Assembly: GCA_050260175.1 (NCBI GenBank)
Contig: JBLNBS010000171.1
Location: 1 to 52,187, forward strand
Length of the DNA: 52,187 nt
Reading direction: 5' to 3'
Origin: Patescibacteria group bacterium
Lineage (GTDB): Bacteria; Bacillota; UBA4882; JAAYXC01
Part shown: piece after piece, positions 27,158-36,760 of the stretch
How positions within the stretch are numbered: the stretch's first letter is position 1
Layout: the number at the start of each line of letters is the position of its first letter
Notes under the pieces: generated by a model
Seen by the model: only the letters and a program-made list of their open reading frames with translations
Databases searched by the model: none
Told to the model about the DNA's origin: nothing
Translations under genes and position numbers: made by a program

Positions 27158-28129
27158 TCATTGCAGGTAACGGAAGACCTCGTCCGGCCCCACTCCGGGG
27201 TGCAACGCGATATTCAGGCTGCTGGCCACGACCTTGGACACCTCCTCGACCAGCACGTCCACCTCCTTTGGCGTCACCACCATCTCACCGAGCGCCGGCG
27301 CCAGCGAATCGCGGACCTGATCCGCCCGCTCCATAACTCCTGGCGCCACGAGGTTCTTGCGGCTCGCCGCCAGCTTTTCCAGGGCGTCCACCACGATGGT
27401 GGTGGCATGAACCACCGTGGGCACACCGATGGAAATGACCGGCACACCGAGAAAGCCCGGCGTGATGCCGACCCGGTTGTTGCCAAGGCCCGAGCCGGGG
27501 TGTATGCCCGTGTCCGAAAGCTGGATGGTGGTGCCGAGCCGCTCGAGGCTGCGCGCGGCCAGGGCGTCGATGGCCACCACGAATGCGGGCCGCACCCGCT
27601 GCACCAGCGCCAGGATGATCTCGCCCGTCTCCATGCCGGTGATGCCGAGCACGCCGGGGGCGATGGCCGCCACCGGACGCAGCCCCCCGCGCTTTTCAGG
27701 CGGGGAAAAGCTCCACAGGTGCCGCGTGACGAGCAGGGTACCCACCACCTTGGGCCCGACGCTGTCGGGCGTGGAGGACCAGTTGCCCAGGCCCGCCACG
27801 AGGCAGGTGTCGTCCTCCTTGAGCTTGAGCCGGCCCATGAAAACCTCGATCTCCTTGGCCAGCGTCTTGCTGATGGACTCGATCTGGTCCTGGTTGCGGC
27901 TCTGCAACTCGGGCGCCTGGATGGTGGTGTAATGGCCGGGCAGCTTGCCAAGGAGCCTGCCGGCCTCCTCATTCTCGATCTCGATGCGCGTTACCGTGTT
28001 GCCGTCGACCTGCTCGCTCTCGACCTTGACCCCTGGAATACCGCGCGCCGACGGCCCCGAAGCAAGGTCATGGGCCTCGGTGGCCAGATCCGTCATGATG
28101 CCTCGTTTCTGCCATTCCGTCTGAGGCAT
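27158..28129 (-). CDS. gpr: GPR germination protease
   Basis: TDLATEA autoprocessing site, GLGN..STPDSVGP, PGVLGITGMETGEI, AIDALAAR, PGSGLGN, GVPTVV, VTPKEVD. Confidence 0.96.
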   Translation of the reverse strand: MPQTEWQKRGIMTDLATEAHDLASGPSARGIPGVKVESEQVDGNTVTRIEIENEEAGRLLGKLPGHYTTIQAPELQSRNQDQIESISKTLAKEIEVFMGRLKLKEDDTCLVAGLGNWSSTPDSVGPKVVGTLLVTRHLWSFSPPEKRGGLRPVAAIAPGVLGITGMETGEIILALVQRVRPAFVVAIDALAARSLERLGTTIQLSDTGIHPGSGLGNNRVGITPGFLGVPVISIGVPTVVHATTIVVDALEKLAASRKNLVAPGVMERADQVRDSLAPALGEMVVTPKEVDVLVEEVSKVVASSLNIALHPGVGPDEVFRYLQ

Positions 28130-28216
28130 GTGCCAACCTCCTACAGTGATTCTGGTTGGGCCGTTTACACCGGGGATATGGGTAGATGGGTGCCGGCGGC
28201 ATCAGTGGACATACTC

Positions 28217-28567
28217 CTAGCGCAGTTCCGTGGGGATGAAGGCGTCGATCGCGCCGATCACCAGGGAGGCCAGGAGCGCTCCCACGAGACTCGCCCTGTA
28301 CCCGGGCACGAGAAACTGGGCGGCATAGAGGATCGCCGCGGCCAGGAGAAAACTCCAAAACCCCCTGCCCTGGGGGGAAACCTTTCCGCCCAGGAAAATG
28401 CGGGCCGCGTACCCGAGGAGGGCGATGACCAGGGAGGCGGCCAGGGCGCCCACGATGCCGCCAACCCTGAATCCCGGGACCAAGAGACCGACAAAGAGGA
28501 GGACCAGGGCCGAGAGGACGAAACGAAGCGCCAGCGCGATCACGTCGATCCACCTCCGCCCTAGCAT
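28217..28567 (-). CDS. 4-TM phage-holin-like membrane protein (YvlD/DUF360-like)
   Basis: Internally duplicated VPG..V.G..GAL.ASLVI hydrophobic repeat; ends D..IPT.LR. Confidence 0.75.
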   Translation of the reverse strand: MLGRRWIDVIALALRFVLSALVLLFVGLLVPGFRVGGIVGALAASLVIALLGYAARIFLGGKVSPQGRGFWSFLLAAAILYAAQFLVPGYRASLVGALLASLVIGAIDAFIPTELR

Positions 28568-28607
28568 CCCCCCGCGCGCGGCGGCGGATACCCGCCGCGG
28601 CCGCGGC

Positions 28608-28636
28608 TTGTTGGCGGAGCGGGGCTGTGCTATAAT
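28608..28636 (+). promoter_or_regulatory. SigA-type promoter with extended -10
   Basis: TTGTTG, 17 nt, TATAAT preceded by TGn. Confidence 0.65.
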
Positions 28637-28693
28637 TAGCTTGTTCTGTTATCACCATCCATGATTCGTAACCAACTGGAAGGGATGAGGCCG

Positions 28694-29638
28694 ATGTTTA
28701 GAGTCAGGTGGTTGCCGGCCCTCGTTTTGGCGGTCACGATGCTCGCTGTGGCGCTACCGGGTCTTGCCAAGGACGCGCGGCCGCTCGTGGCCGTCCTGCC
28801 GTTCGACGACGGCTCGATCAAGCATTGGTGGCACTGGGACGACTGGGACGTCGGCAAGGGCATCTCGGACATCATCGTCAACAAGCTCCTCGACGCGGGT
28901 ACGTTCCGCTTGGTCGAGCGGGAAAAGATCGCCTCGATCATCCAGGAACAGGATTTTGGGGCCAGCGGCCGCGTCGACGCGCGGACGGCGGCCAAGATCG
29001 GCAAGATCGCCGGCGTCAAGTACGTCATCATGGGCAAGGTGACGGAGTTCACCATCGCGGACAAGGGCGGCAGCCTGCTCGGCGTCACCGTCAAATCATC
29101 CACGGCCAGGGTGGCGATCAACGGCCGCATAGTCGATACGACCACGGCCGAGATCCTGGCTGGCGCCGAGGGCGTGGGCGAGGAAAAGTCGAGTTCCTTC
29201 TCGGTCAACATCGCGACCTTCCCTCATGTGGCCTTCGGCTCCGCCAAGTTCCAGGAATCCATCCTCGGCAAGGCCACGACCAAGGCCGTGACGCAGTTCT
29301 GCACCCTGATCTCCCAGAAATTCCAGGCCGCTGGCGGCGGCACCGCGGCGGCTGGCGCCCCGACCGGCATCACGGGCAAGGTGGCCGCCGTCTCAGGCAA
29401 CAAGGTCTACCTGAACATCGGCAGCGCCGAGGGCGTGGCCGTGGGCATGGTCTTTGTCATCTCCAACGTGATCGAGGAGGTCAAGGACCCGGATACCGGC
29501 GAGGTCCTTGACGTCGTCACGGAGGACGTCTGCGAGATCACGATCGCCGAGGTCAAGGAGCGGACGAGCAACGGCCCGATCACCGCCTCGCTCGGCGGCC
29601 GGCCCCAGAAGGGCGACGTGGCCAAGCAAAAATACTGA
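28694..29638 (+). CDS. CsgG/HfaB-family envelope protein with FlgT-C-like C-terminal domain
   Basis: Signal peptide; VAVLPF, F.LVER..I..I..EQ, TAAKIGKI.G..YVIMG.VTEF, RIVDTTTAEI; C-terminal VYLN.G...GV..G..F....DPDTGEVL. Confidence 0.8.
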   Translation: MFRVRWLPALVLAVTMLAVALPGLAKDARPLVAVLPFDDGSIKHWWHWDDWDVGKGISDIIVNKLLDAGTFRLVEREKIASIIQEQDFGASGRVDARTAAKIGKIAGVKYVIMGKVTEFTIADKGGSLLGVTVKSSTARVAINGRIVDTTTAEILAGAEGVGEEKSSSFSVNIATFPHVAFGSAKFQESILGKATTKAVTQFCTLISQKFQAAGGGTAAAGAPTGITGKVAAVSGNKVYLNIGSAEGVAVGMVFVISNVIEEVKDPDTGEVLDVVTEDVCEITIAEVKERTSNGPITASLGGRPQKGDVAKQKY

Positions 29639-29641
29639 CGG

Positions 29642-29670
29642 TTGCTTTGCCGGATCACTCGTGCTATGAT
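29642..29670 (+). promoter_or_regulatory. SigA-type promoter of rpsT
   Basis: TTGCTT, 17 nt, TATGAT with extended TG. Confidence 0.65.
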
Positions 29671-29814
29671 ATAGGCTGTGCGGCCCGGAGAAACCGCGAC
29701 GCGCCGGAAACGGAGACGCATCCGGCATTGCCGGGTTCAACGACCAAGGATCACGCCTCGGCGACAGGTCAACGCCGTTCGCAAAGGCTCCTTTGGCGGG
29801 GGAGGTGACATCCC

Positions 29815-30081
29815 ATGCCCAAGATCAAGTCGGCCGTGAAAAGGAACGAGCTCAGCGCCGAACGCCGCCAGGCCAACAAGGCCAAGCGGTCCGCCCTGCG
29901 CACCGCCGTCAAGAAAGCGGCCTCCTCCATCGCCGGACAATCAGCCGAGGCGAGTGTGCGGCTGTCGGAAGCCAGCAGAACGCTGGACAAGGCGGCGGCC
30001 GCCGGCGTCATCCACAAGAACACGGCCGCGCGCAAGAAATCGCGCCTGGCCCGCAAGCTGAACGCTGTCAAAGGGGCATAA
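29815..30081 (+). CDS. rpsT: 30S ribosomal protein S20
   Basis: MPKIKSAVKR...LRTAVKK...LDKAA..GVIHKNTAARKKSRL; RBS GGAGGTG. Confidence 0.97.
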   Translation: MPKIKSAVKRNELSAERRQANKAKRSALRTAVKKAASSIAGQSAEASVRLSEASRTLDKAAAAGVIHKNTAARKKSRLARKLNAVKGA

Positions 30082-30109
30082 GCAAGCTGTTACGCACACT
30101 GGAGAGCGT

Positions 30110-30137
30110 AAAGGGGAGCCGTTAGGCTCCCCTTTTA
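30110..30137 (+). terminator. Intrinsic terminator after rpsT
   Basis: AAAGGGGAGCC-GTTA-GGCTCCCCTTTT. Confidence 0.8.
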
Positions 30138-30260
30138 TCCGCTCATCCGCTCTTGCGTAGATTGGGTATACCCTTCCCTCGGGCCCCATCCGCCCCTTGA
30201 TGGCAACATCAGTTCGTGATAAAGGGAAGGGGATGCCCCAGCGAAGAGGAGGACACCGCT

Positions 30261-32186
30261 ATGCAACGGGTCACCATCGCTCCCGTGGGACGGGACCGGA
30301 CGATCGTTTACGCCGCGGAGGAGCTGGCCCGCTATCTCCGTAAGATCTCGCCCGGGGACGTGGACATCCGCCTCGAGGAGGCGTATCGCCCCGAGGATGA
30401 GCCGGCGATCCGTGTGGGCCTGGCCGGCTCTTTTCCGGATCTGGCGCTGCCCCGCGTCCGCGACCCGCTGGCGGACGACGCCGTCCGCATACGGATAAGC
30501 GGAGGCCGGGGGATCGTGGCCGGCAACAACACGCGCAGCGTGCTCCTGGCGGTCTACCGCTACCTCACCATCCTGGGCTGCCGGTGGGTGAGGCCGGGGC
30601 CGGACGGCGAATACACACCGCGGGTAGACTGGCTGAACATGCCCGTGGATCTGACCGAGGCCCCATCCTACCGCCACCGGGGCATCTGCATCGAGGGCGC
30701 GGTGGGATGGGAGCACCTGCGCGCCATCATCGAGTGGGCGCCGCGCGTGGGTTTCAACGCCTATTTCATCCAGTTCAGGGAGGGGTACACCTTCTTTGAA
30801 CGCTGGTACGGCGATACCGGCAACCCGGGCAGGAAAAAGACGGATTTCCCGGTGGAGAGAGCCCGGGAACTGGTGCGCATGGCGGCGGACGAGATCGGCA
30901 AGCGCGGCCTGCTCCATCACGCGGTGGGCCACGGCTGGACCTGCGAGCCGTTCGGCCTGCCGGGCCTGGGCTGGGATTACCCGCCGGTGGAAGCCCCGCC
31001 CGAAGCGGCCAGGCATCTCGCGCTCGTGAACGGCGCACGCCGCGTCTGGCACGGTATCCCGCTCAATACGAACCTCTGCTACTCCAACCCGAAAACGCGC
31101 CGCATCGTGTCCGAAGCGATCGCTTCTTACGCGGCGGTCCACCCCGAGGTGGACTACCTCCACATCTGGCTGGCCGACGGGGCCAACAACCATTGCGAAT
31201 GCGAGGACTGCCGCAGATTGCGGCCGGCCGATTTTTACGTCATGCTGCTCAACGAGGCGGACGCGCTCCTCACGCAACGCGGCCTGCCGGCGCGCCTCGT
31301 CTTCCTGATCTACGTCGACCTCCTCTGGCCGCCGGAGGTCGAGCGCTTTCGCAATCCGGCGCGGTTCACCCTCATGTTCGCGCCGATCACCCGCACCTAC
31401 AGCACACCCTTCTCCTGCGGGGGCGAACTCCCGGTACTGCAGCCGTATGAACGCAACAAACTCAACTTTCCGGGCAGCGTCGCGGAGAACGTATCTTTCT
31501 TGCGGGCGTGGCAAAAGGTCTTCCCCGGCGACGGCTTCGACTTCGACTACCACTATATGTGGGACCACCTCTTCGACCCCGGCTACACCGCGATTGCCGC
31601 CGTGCTACAGCGGGATATTCAGTTACTTGGCGAGATCGGCCTGGATGGGTACGTGAGCTGCCAGACCCAGCGGGCTTTTCTCCCGACCGGCCTCGGCATG
31701 ACCGCCATGGGCCGGACCCTCTGGCGGCGCGATCTTGGCTTTGAAGAGATCGCCCGCGACTACTATGCTGCGGCCTTCGGTCCGGAAGGTCAAGCGTGCC
31801 GGGCCTATCTCGAGAAGCTGACGGAGCTTTTCGACCCAATCTATCTGCGGGGGGAGAAACCCGATAGCCCCGCCGTTGCCGCCGCGCTCGAGAAGGTACC
31901 GGGGGCTGTGGCCGAATTTCGCCCGGTCGTCGAGCGAAATCTGGGCCTTGCCGAGCCATGCTGGGCCGCTTCCTGGCGGTATCTGATCTTTCACGGCGAC
32001 CTCTGCGCGGGCCTGGCGAAGGCCTTGGCCGCCCGGGCGCGGGGTGAAGACGCGGAGGCACGCGGGCTTTGGGAGGAAGTCAAGCGGATGGTCTGGGCAC
32101 GGGAGGACGAGGCGGTGAACGTCTTTGACGCCTGGCTTTTTACCCGCACTTACGAGGGTAAGTTCAGAAAACAGACGGAGGGGTAG
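30261..32186 (+). CDS. DUF4838-like putative glycoside hydrolase
   Basis: GH67/GH20-type N-terminal pattern (AAEELARYL, G...RSVL.AVY..L..LGCRW..PG), LCYSNP, HIWLADGANNHCEC..C; ATG at 30261 after GAGGAGG. Confidence 0.7.
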   Translation: MQRVTIAPVGRDRTIVYAAEELARYLRKISPGDVDIRLEEAYRPEDEPAIRVGLAGSFPDLALPRVRDPLADDAVRIRISGGRGIVAGNNTRSVLLAVYRYLTILGCRWVRPGPDGEYTPRVDWLNMPVDLTEAPSYRHRGICIEGAVGWEHLRAIIEWAPRVGFNAYFIQFREGYTFFERWYGDTGNPGRKKTDFPVERARELVRMAADEIGKRGLLHHAVGHGWTCEPFGLPGLGWDYPPVEAPPEAARHLALVNGARRVWHGIPLNTNLCYSNPKTRRIVSEAIASYAAVHPEVDYLHIWLADGANNHCECEDCRRLRPADFYVMLLNEADALLTQRGLPARLVFLIYVDLLWPPEVERFRNPARFTLMFAPITRTYSTPFSCGGELPVLQPYERNKLNFPGSVAENVSFLRAWQKVFPGDGFDFDYHYMWDHLFDPGYTAIAAVLQRDIQLLGEIGLDGYVSCQTQRAFLPTGLGMTAMGRTLWRRDLGFEEIARDYYAAAFGPEGQACRAYLEKLTELFDPIYLRGEKPDSPAVAAALEKVPGAVAEFRPVVERNLGLAEPCWAASWRYLIFHGDLCAGLAKALAARARGEDAEARGLWEEVKRMVWAREDEAVNVFDAWLFTRTYEGKFRKQTEG

Positions 32187-32204
32187 ACTACGGTTTCTTT
32201 GCAC

Positions 32205-32674
32205 TCAGCGAATCCGGGTTGTGGATGAAGTCCCGCCGGGGTTTATCACGAGATGGTCGAAGAGAGCTAGAGCAAGCCCAAACAGGAAATGAACAACGGG
32301 AGTGACCATGATGTTGCCTGGGGTCAGGGCCAAGCTATTTATCGCCTTATCGCCGCCTAGAAGGCCAAAAAGCACTACCCAGACGAACAAGCCAAACCCC
32401 GCGCCTTTGAGCCAGATATGCGCTTTGCCTGTCCGCAGGAGGATCTGCAAGAAAACCAGACCCAGCACGGCGGCTGTGGTTAGATCGGCAACAGCGCCGA
32501 TGACTACCGCTAATGGGGCGGTAAGGTCGCCGGATCGGACAAAGTGGGCAGCCGCCACCCCCAGAAGATCGCGCCGGCGAAACCAAGCCGGAACGCCAGG
32601 TAATTGAGACCCAACTTGACCAGGTCGGCCAGGAGACCGATCAGCGCCCCGGCCGCAACCCAATCCTTAATCAT
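32205..32674 (-). pseudogene. Frameshifted small multi-pass membrane protein
   Basis: ATG at 32674 gives MIKDWVAAGALIGLLADLVKLGLNYLAFRLGFAGAIFW. One extra G in the G5 run (32558-32562) would join it in frame to VAAAHFV...LKGAGFGLFVW...HFLFGL of ORF 32205..32663. Confidence 0.7.
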
Positions 32675-32755
32675 CGGCCATCCCTGCTACTCAGACCAGT
32701 ATCCTTACATAGTATGGCTCAAAGGCGGATCCCCATTCGAACAAGCTCGGCAATA

Positions 32756-34405
32756 TCACGCCTTTTGCTTGATCATATCGTTGATCGCTTGGCGCTTGGC
32801 CAATAGCCACGCCTCATCGATTGGATATCTGCTAAAAGTGAGGGGTTCCTTCAGGTCCTCCTCCAAAAGGGCGATCGTTTTCTCCCGTCCGATATACTCT
32901 TCCAGCAACTGCAGGGCCCGCAGGTCCTGCAGTCCCTCGTGGAATACCTCCAGCCGCAGCGACTCGATCGGCCCTGTGGGCCCCGGATAGACGACGAAGG
33001 GGTCGCCCGAGGGGAAAGCGAGCCCGGCGTCCGTGACCTTGAAGGGATCGATCGGATGCTTGGACTTCACGGTGTACCAGAAATTGTACCCCCACTGCAA
33101 AAAGCCGGCGATGCCGAACTTGTAGAGCTGCAGGCCGAAGACGCGGTTGCGCGCCGAGGGGTAGCAAAAGAATCGGTTGGCGACCTCTTTATACTGCCCG
33201 CAGCAATAATAAGCCCACCGTTCCTCGATCTCCTCCGCCAGGAAAGGCTCGATATGGTCCGTCGCCGGGACGGGGGTCCGGATGAGGCCTTTGCGGTAAA
33301 AGTCGATGTCCGAGAGCGCGTCGATGATTGGAAACCCCTGCAAGTGGTCGCGCAAGATGGCGCTCGCCTTGGCGTAGGCCTCGAGGTGATCCATGTGGGG
33401 TTCGTCCGAGACGTGGAAATAACACCGTTTCTCCAGTCCTTCACCCTTGATGAACCGCACCAGCGCCGGCAGGAATTGATCGAGAAACGCCTTGTAGTCC
33501 TCACCGGCGGCGTCGGTCTCCCAGCCAAAGAGGCGGACGGGCCGGCCATTTTCCGTGCCGACGATCTTGGGCGCGTGCTTGGCTCCCCATTGGGTAAAAA
33601 GATGCGAGAACTCGAAGTACTCCACGCCGAGATCCGAGCACATCCCGATCCATCGCTTCAGCCGGGCGAAGTCGAAACGGTAGGCGCCCCCCTCTTTTTC
33701 CACCCCGACGAGCTGCGCCGTGGGGCGTTCGCCGCCGACGGCCGTATCGAGCGGCGGGGTGAAGAGCGGGGTCAGGATCATGTTGATGCCGTGCGCGACC
33801 GCGGTGCGGATGTAGCTTTCCAGGAGCCGCCAGTGCTCCTCGCTGAAGACCTCGACGCCGTAATGGGTCGCAATGCAGTCGCCGTGGAACCAGTTGGTAT
33901 GCTTCAACCGCTGTTTGGGCAGGGCAACCGGCAGCACTTCCAGGGTAAAATGTTCCTCGCCCAAGATTTCCCCGGTCTCCGCGAGGAAGGCGATCCGGAT
34001 CGGGTGGCTGCCGGCCGGCGCCCGCCCGTCCAGCGAGACGGTCAGCCAGACGGCGCGCCACTGGCCCGCGACGGCGGTGATTACCTCTCCCTCATCCATT
34101 GGGAAGAGCGGGTCAGGATACAGGCCGGGCGTGGCGCGTAAGATCGCCTCGTCGTGGTCGTGATAGATGGGAAGCTCGGACGGGACGAGCCCGACGCGCC
34201 GGACCGAAACCCATGGCTTGAGCGCCGTGTCCACCTGGACGCGGAAGCCCTTGTTCCCGCCTTTGGCGCGGAAGGCCACTTGAAAGTGGAACGTTTCATT
34301 CAGCAGGGCCGAGGCGCCGGTGAAGGGCGCCGCCTCAAGTTCCGCATCCGCGAACACCTTGGCTAGCGAACTCAGGCAGCGCGTTTCGAAGATATCACTT
34401 TTCAT
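32756..34405 (-). CDS. DUF4091 / GH123-like putative glycoside hydrolase
   Basis: PGLYPDPL, catalytic-type HVSDEP, WAYYCC, GFLQWGYN, GD.F.VYP, SLRLE....G.QD. Confidence 0.8.
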   Translation of the reverse strand: MKSDIFETRCLSSLAKVFADAELEAAPFTGASALLNETFHFQVAFRAKGGNKGFRVQVDTALKPWVSVRRVGLVPSELPIYHDHDEAILRATPGLYPDPLFPMDEGEVITAVAGQWRAVWLTVSLDGRAPAGSHPIRIAFLAETGEILGEEHFTLEVLPVALPKQRLKHTNWFHGDCIATHYGVEVFSEEHWRLLESYIRTAVAHGINMILTPLFTPPLDTAVGGERPTAQLVGVEKEGGAYRFDFARLKRWIGMCSDLGVEYFEFSHLFTQWGAKHAPKIVGTENGRPVRLFGWETDAAGEDYKAFLDQFLPALVRFIKGEGLEKRCYFHVSDEPHMDHLEAYAKASAILRDHLQGFPIIDALSDIDFYRKGLIRTPVPATDHIEPFLAEEIEERWAYYCCGQYKEVANRFFCYPSARNRVFGLQLYKFGIAGFLQWGYNFWYTVKSKHPIDPFKVTDAGLAFPSGDPFVVYPGPTGPIESLRLEVFHEGLQDLRALQLLEEYIGREKTIALLEEDLKEPLTFSRYPIDEAWLLAKRQAINDMIKQKA

Positions 34406-34557
34406 CTTTGTTAGCCCTCCAAGGTTACTTTTTCAACGGCACAATCGGTCCGAAACTTCTTCACGAATTACCCGAACCAGACGGCCGGTACGGGAAGAAC
34501 CTCCTTATCACGAGGACGTATTCTGCTTATTCGGGTGGTTTACCTTCCAACGTCCGT

Positions 34558-34607
34558 AACCTAACCCCCGGCCCCTTCCCTACAGGGAAGGGGATGGGGG
34601 TTAGGTT
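34558..34607. repeat. 50-bp near-perfect palindrome (CCTAACCCC..CCCCTTCCC/GGGAAGGGG type)
   Basis: AACCTAACCCCC/GGGGGTTAGGTT and CCCCTTCCC/GGGAAGGGG arms, between divergent GH genes. Confidence 0.7.
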
Positions 34608-34693
34608 CCCAAGTACCGCTCGTATGCGTGGACATCACACTGCGGATCTGATATGCTTAAAAAGGCAAAAACTGACACGCGGAGGTAGCGGAC

Positions 34694-36100
34694 ATGCTCA
34701 AGATCACCTTCATGGGCGCGGGGAGCACCGTCTTTGCCAAGAACGTCCTGGGGGACTGCCTGCTCACCGAGGGCCTGCACGACGCGGAGTACGCCCTCTA
34801 CGACATCGATCCCGCAAGGCTCGAGGACTCCCGACTGATGCTGGAGAATCTCAACGCCAATATAAACGGGAACCGCGCCCGCATCGCGCCCTACCTCGGC
34901 GTGGAAAACCGCCGGGACGCGCTGCGCGGGGCTTCGTACGTGGTCAACGCCATCCAGGTGGGGGGCTACGAGCCCTGCACGGTCATCGACTTTGAGGTGC
35001 CCAAGAAATACGGCCTGCGCCAGACCATCGCCGATACGCTCGGGATCGGCGGCATCTTTCGCGCGTTGCGCACCATCCCGGTGGTGCTCGACTTTTGCCG
35101 CGACATGGAGGCGGTCTGCCCGGAGGCCCTCTTTCTCAATTATGTCAACCCCATGGCCATGGTCACCGCAGCCATCCTGCGCGCCACCCCCATCAAGACC
35201 GTGGGCCTCTGCCACAGCGTGCAGGGCTGCGCCACCGGCCTCCTGCAAGAGCTGGGCTTTGAGATCCCCGCCGGGCTGCGCTGGGAGATCGCGGGCATCA
35301 ACCACCAGGCCTGGCTGCTCTCGATCCAGGACGGCGGCCGGGATCTATACCCCGCCATCAGGGAACGCGCCGCGGACGCCCTGGCACGGCTGCGCGCCAA
35401 GGGAGGGCGCCGGGCCGCCGCGGAGATCGCGGCCGCGGCCAAAGCGGCGGGTAGGGATCCCTGGGACGAGCCCCTCTACCGGGCGGCCCACGACATGGTC
35501 CGCCTGGAGATGATGCTCCGCTTTGGCCACTACGTCACCGAGTCCAGCGAGCACAGCGCCGAGTACAGCCCCTGGTTCATCAAGGCCACCCATCCCGGCC
35601 TCATCGAGGAGTACAACATCCCCCTCGACGAATACCCCAGGAGGTGCGTCAGCCAGATCGAGGGCTGGGCCAGGCAGCGCCAGACTCTCGTGACCAACGC
35701 CGCTCTTGAGCACGAAAAAAGCCACGAATACGCGGCCTCCATCATCAACGCCATGTTAACCGGGGAGCCTTACCGTGTGCACGGCAACGTCATGAACACC
35801 GGCCTCATCACGAACCTCCCCGCCAAGGCCTGCGTCGAGGTGGCCTGCCTCGTGGATCGAAACGGCGTCCAGCCCACCTTTGTCGGGGATCTCCCCGAGC
35901 AATGCGCCGCCGTCAACCGGACCAACATCAACGTGCAGATCCTGGCCGTGGAGGCCGCCCTGACGCGCCGCAAGGACTACATCTACCAGGCCGCCATGCT
36001 CGACCCCCACACCGCCGCCGAGCTGAGCCCGGACCAGATCCGCGCCCTCTGCGACGACCTCATCGCGGCGCACGGGGAGTGGATGCCTGTGTTTGAGTAG
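34694..36100 (+). CDS. melA: GH4 NAD-dependent alpha-galactosidase/alpha-glucosidase (MelA-like)
   Basis: GAGS, KYGLRQTIADTLGIGGIFRALRT, NYVNP, GLCHS, GINH, TESSEH. Confidence 0.9.
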   Translation: MLKITFMGAGSTVFAKNVLGDCLLTEGLHDAEYALYDIDPARLEDSRLMLENLNANINGNRARIAPYLGVENRRDALRGASYVVNAIQVGGYEPCTVIDFEVPKKYGLRQTIADTLGIGGIFRALRTIPVVLDFCRDMEAVCPEALFLNYVNPMAMVTAAILRATPIKTVGLCHSVQGCATGLLQELGFEIPAGLRWEIAGINHQAWLLSIQDGGRDLYPAIRERAADALARLRAKGGRRAAAEIAAAAKAAGRDPWDEPLYRAAHDMVRLEMMLRFGHYVTESSEHSAEYSPWFIKATHPGLIEEYNIPLDEYPRRCVSQIEGWARQRQTLVTNAALEHEKSHEYAASIINAMLTGEPYRVHGNVMNTGLITNLPAKACVEVACLVDRNGVQPTFVGDLPEQCAAVNRTNINVQILAVEAALTRRKDYIYQAAMLDPHTAAELSPDQIRALCDDLIAAHGEWMPVFE

Positions 36101-36175
36101 CGGGGGAAATTATGTATCTGGCGGCGCCATGACTCCGCACCACCGCCGGTAAGCGGCACGCAGCCCTTCGCGATC

Positions 36176-36661
36176 TCAATAGACCTTCGTCACCTTCCCG
36201 ATTATGCTCTTCCTCGGTATGCAACCGTATTGCCTCGAGTCCCTGGAGTGTCCTCTGTTGTCCCCCAGGACGAAATACTGGCCCTCGGGCACGGTAACCT
36301 CCCCGTCCGGTTCCGTCACGGTATCCGGGGCCAGGTAAGGTTCATCCAGCTTTTCTTTTTGAAGAGTTGACTGATTCATGAGGTAAACGAGGCCGTTCTC
36401 GAAGATCAGCTTTTCGCCGGGCAGTCCGATGACGCGCTTGACGTGCACCTGTTTCTCCACCTTAAAGGCGATGATGTCTCCCCGCTCAGGGTTGGCGCCC
36501 TTGGCGTAACCGCTCACCCAGACCTTTTGGCCGTGCCTGAGCGTAGGCTCCATGGACGATCCGCCCATGGTCATGGCTCCCGCGAGGCACAAAGTTTGGC
36601 AAATTACCAACCATGCGGTGGATAAAAAGGCTAAATGGTACTGTTTATTGGATTTCACCAC
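36176..36661 (-). CDS. lepB: Signal peptidase I
   Basis: SMEPTL (catalytic Ser), VKRVIGLPGE (catalytic Lys), GDNR..S.DSR. Confidence 0.9.
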   Translation of the reverse strand: MVKSNKQYHLAFLSTAWLVICQTLCLAGAMTMGGSSMEPTLRHGQKVWVSGYAKGANPERGDIIAFKVEKQVHVKRVIGLPGEKLIFENGLVYLMNQSTLQKEKLDEPYLAPDTVTEPDGEVTVPEGQYFVLGDNRGHSRDSRQYGCIPRKSIIGKVTKVY

Positions 36662-36760
36662 TTATCACCCTATCTTCCCCGCTGGGGTTTTTTCGTCGAC
36701 GGCAGGGTGAACCCTGCCGCTATACAAGAGCAGGCAAGCCTTCCGTGGCTCCGAGGGTTG

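Noticed and set aside
28217-28567. Prophage inferred from the holin-like gene
   Set aside because: This 4-TM family is commonly chromosomal, and no other phage genes are present.
30135-31568. Long antisense or alternative-frame ORFs across the window (e.g. 30135..31568 -, 27107..28564 +, 18317..19771 +, 11320..12573 +)
   Set aside because: Expected stop-poor shadows of real genes in high-GC DNA, with no family motifs.
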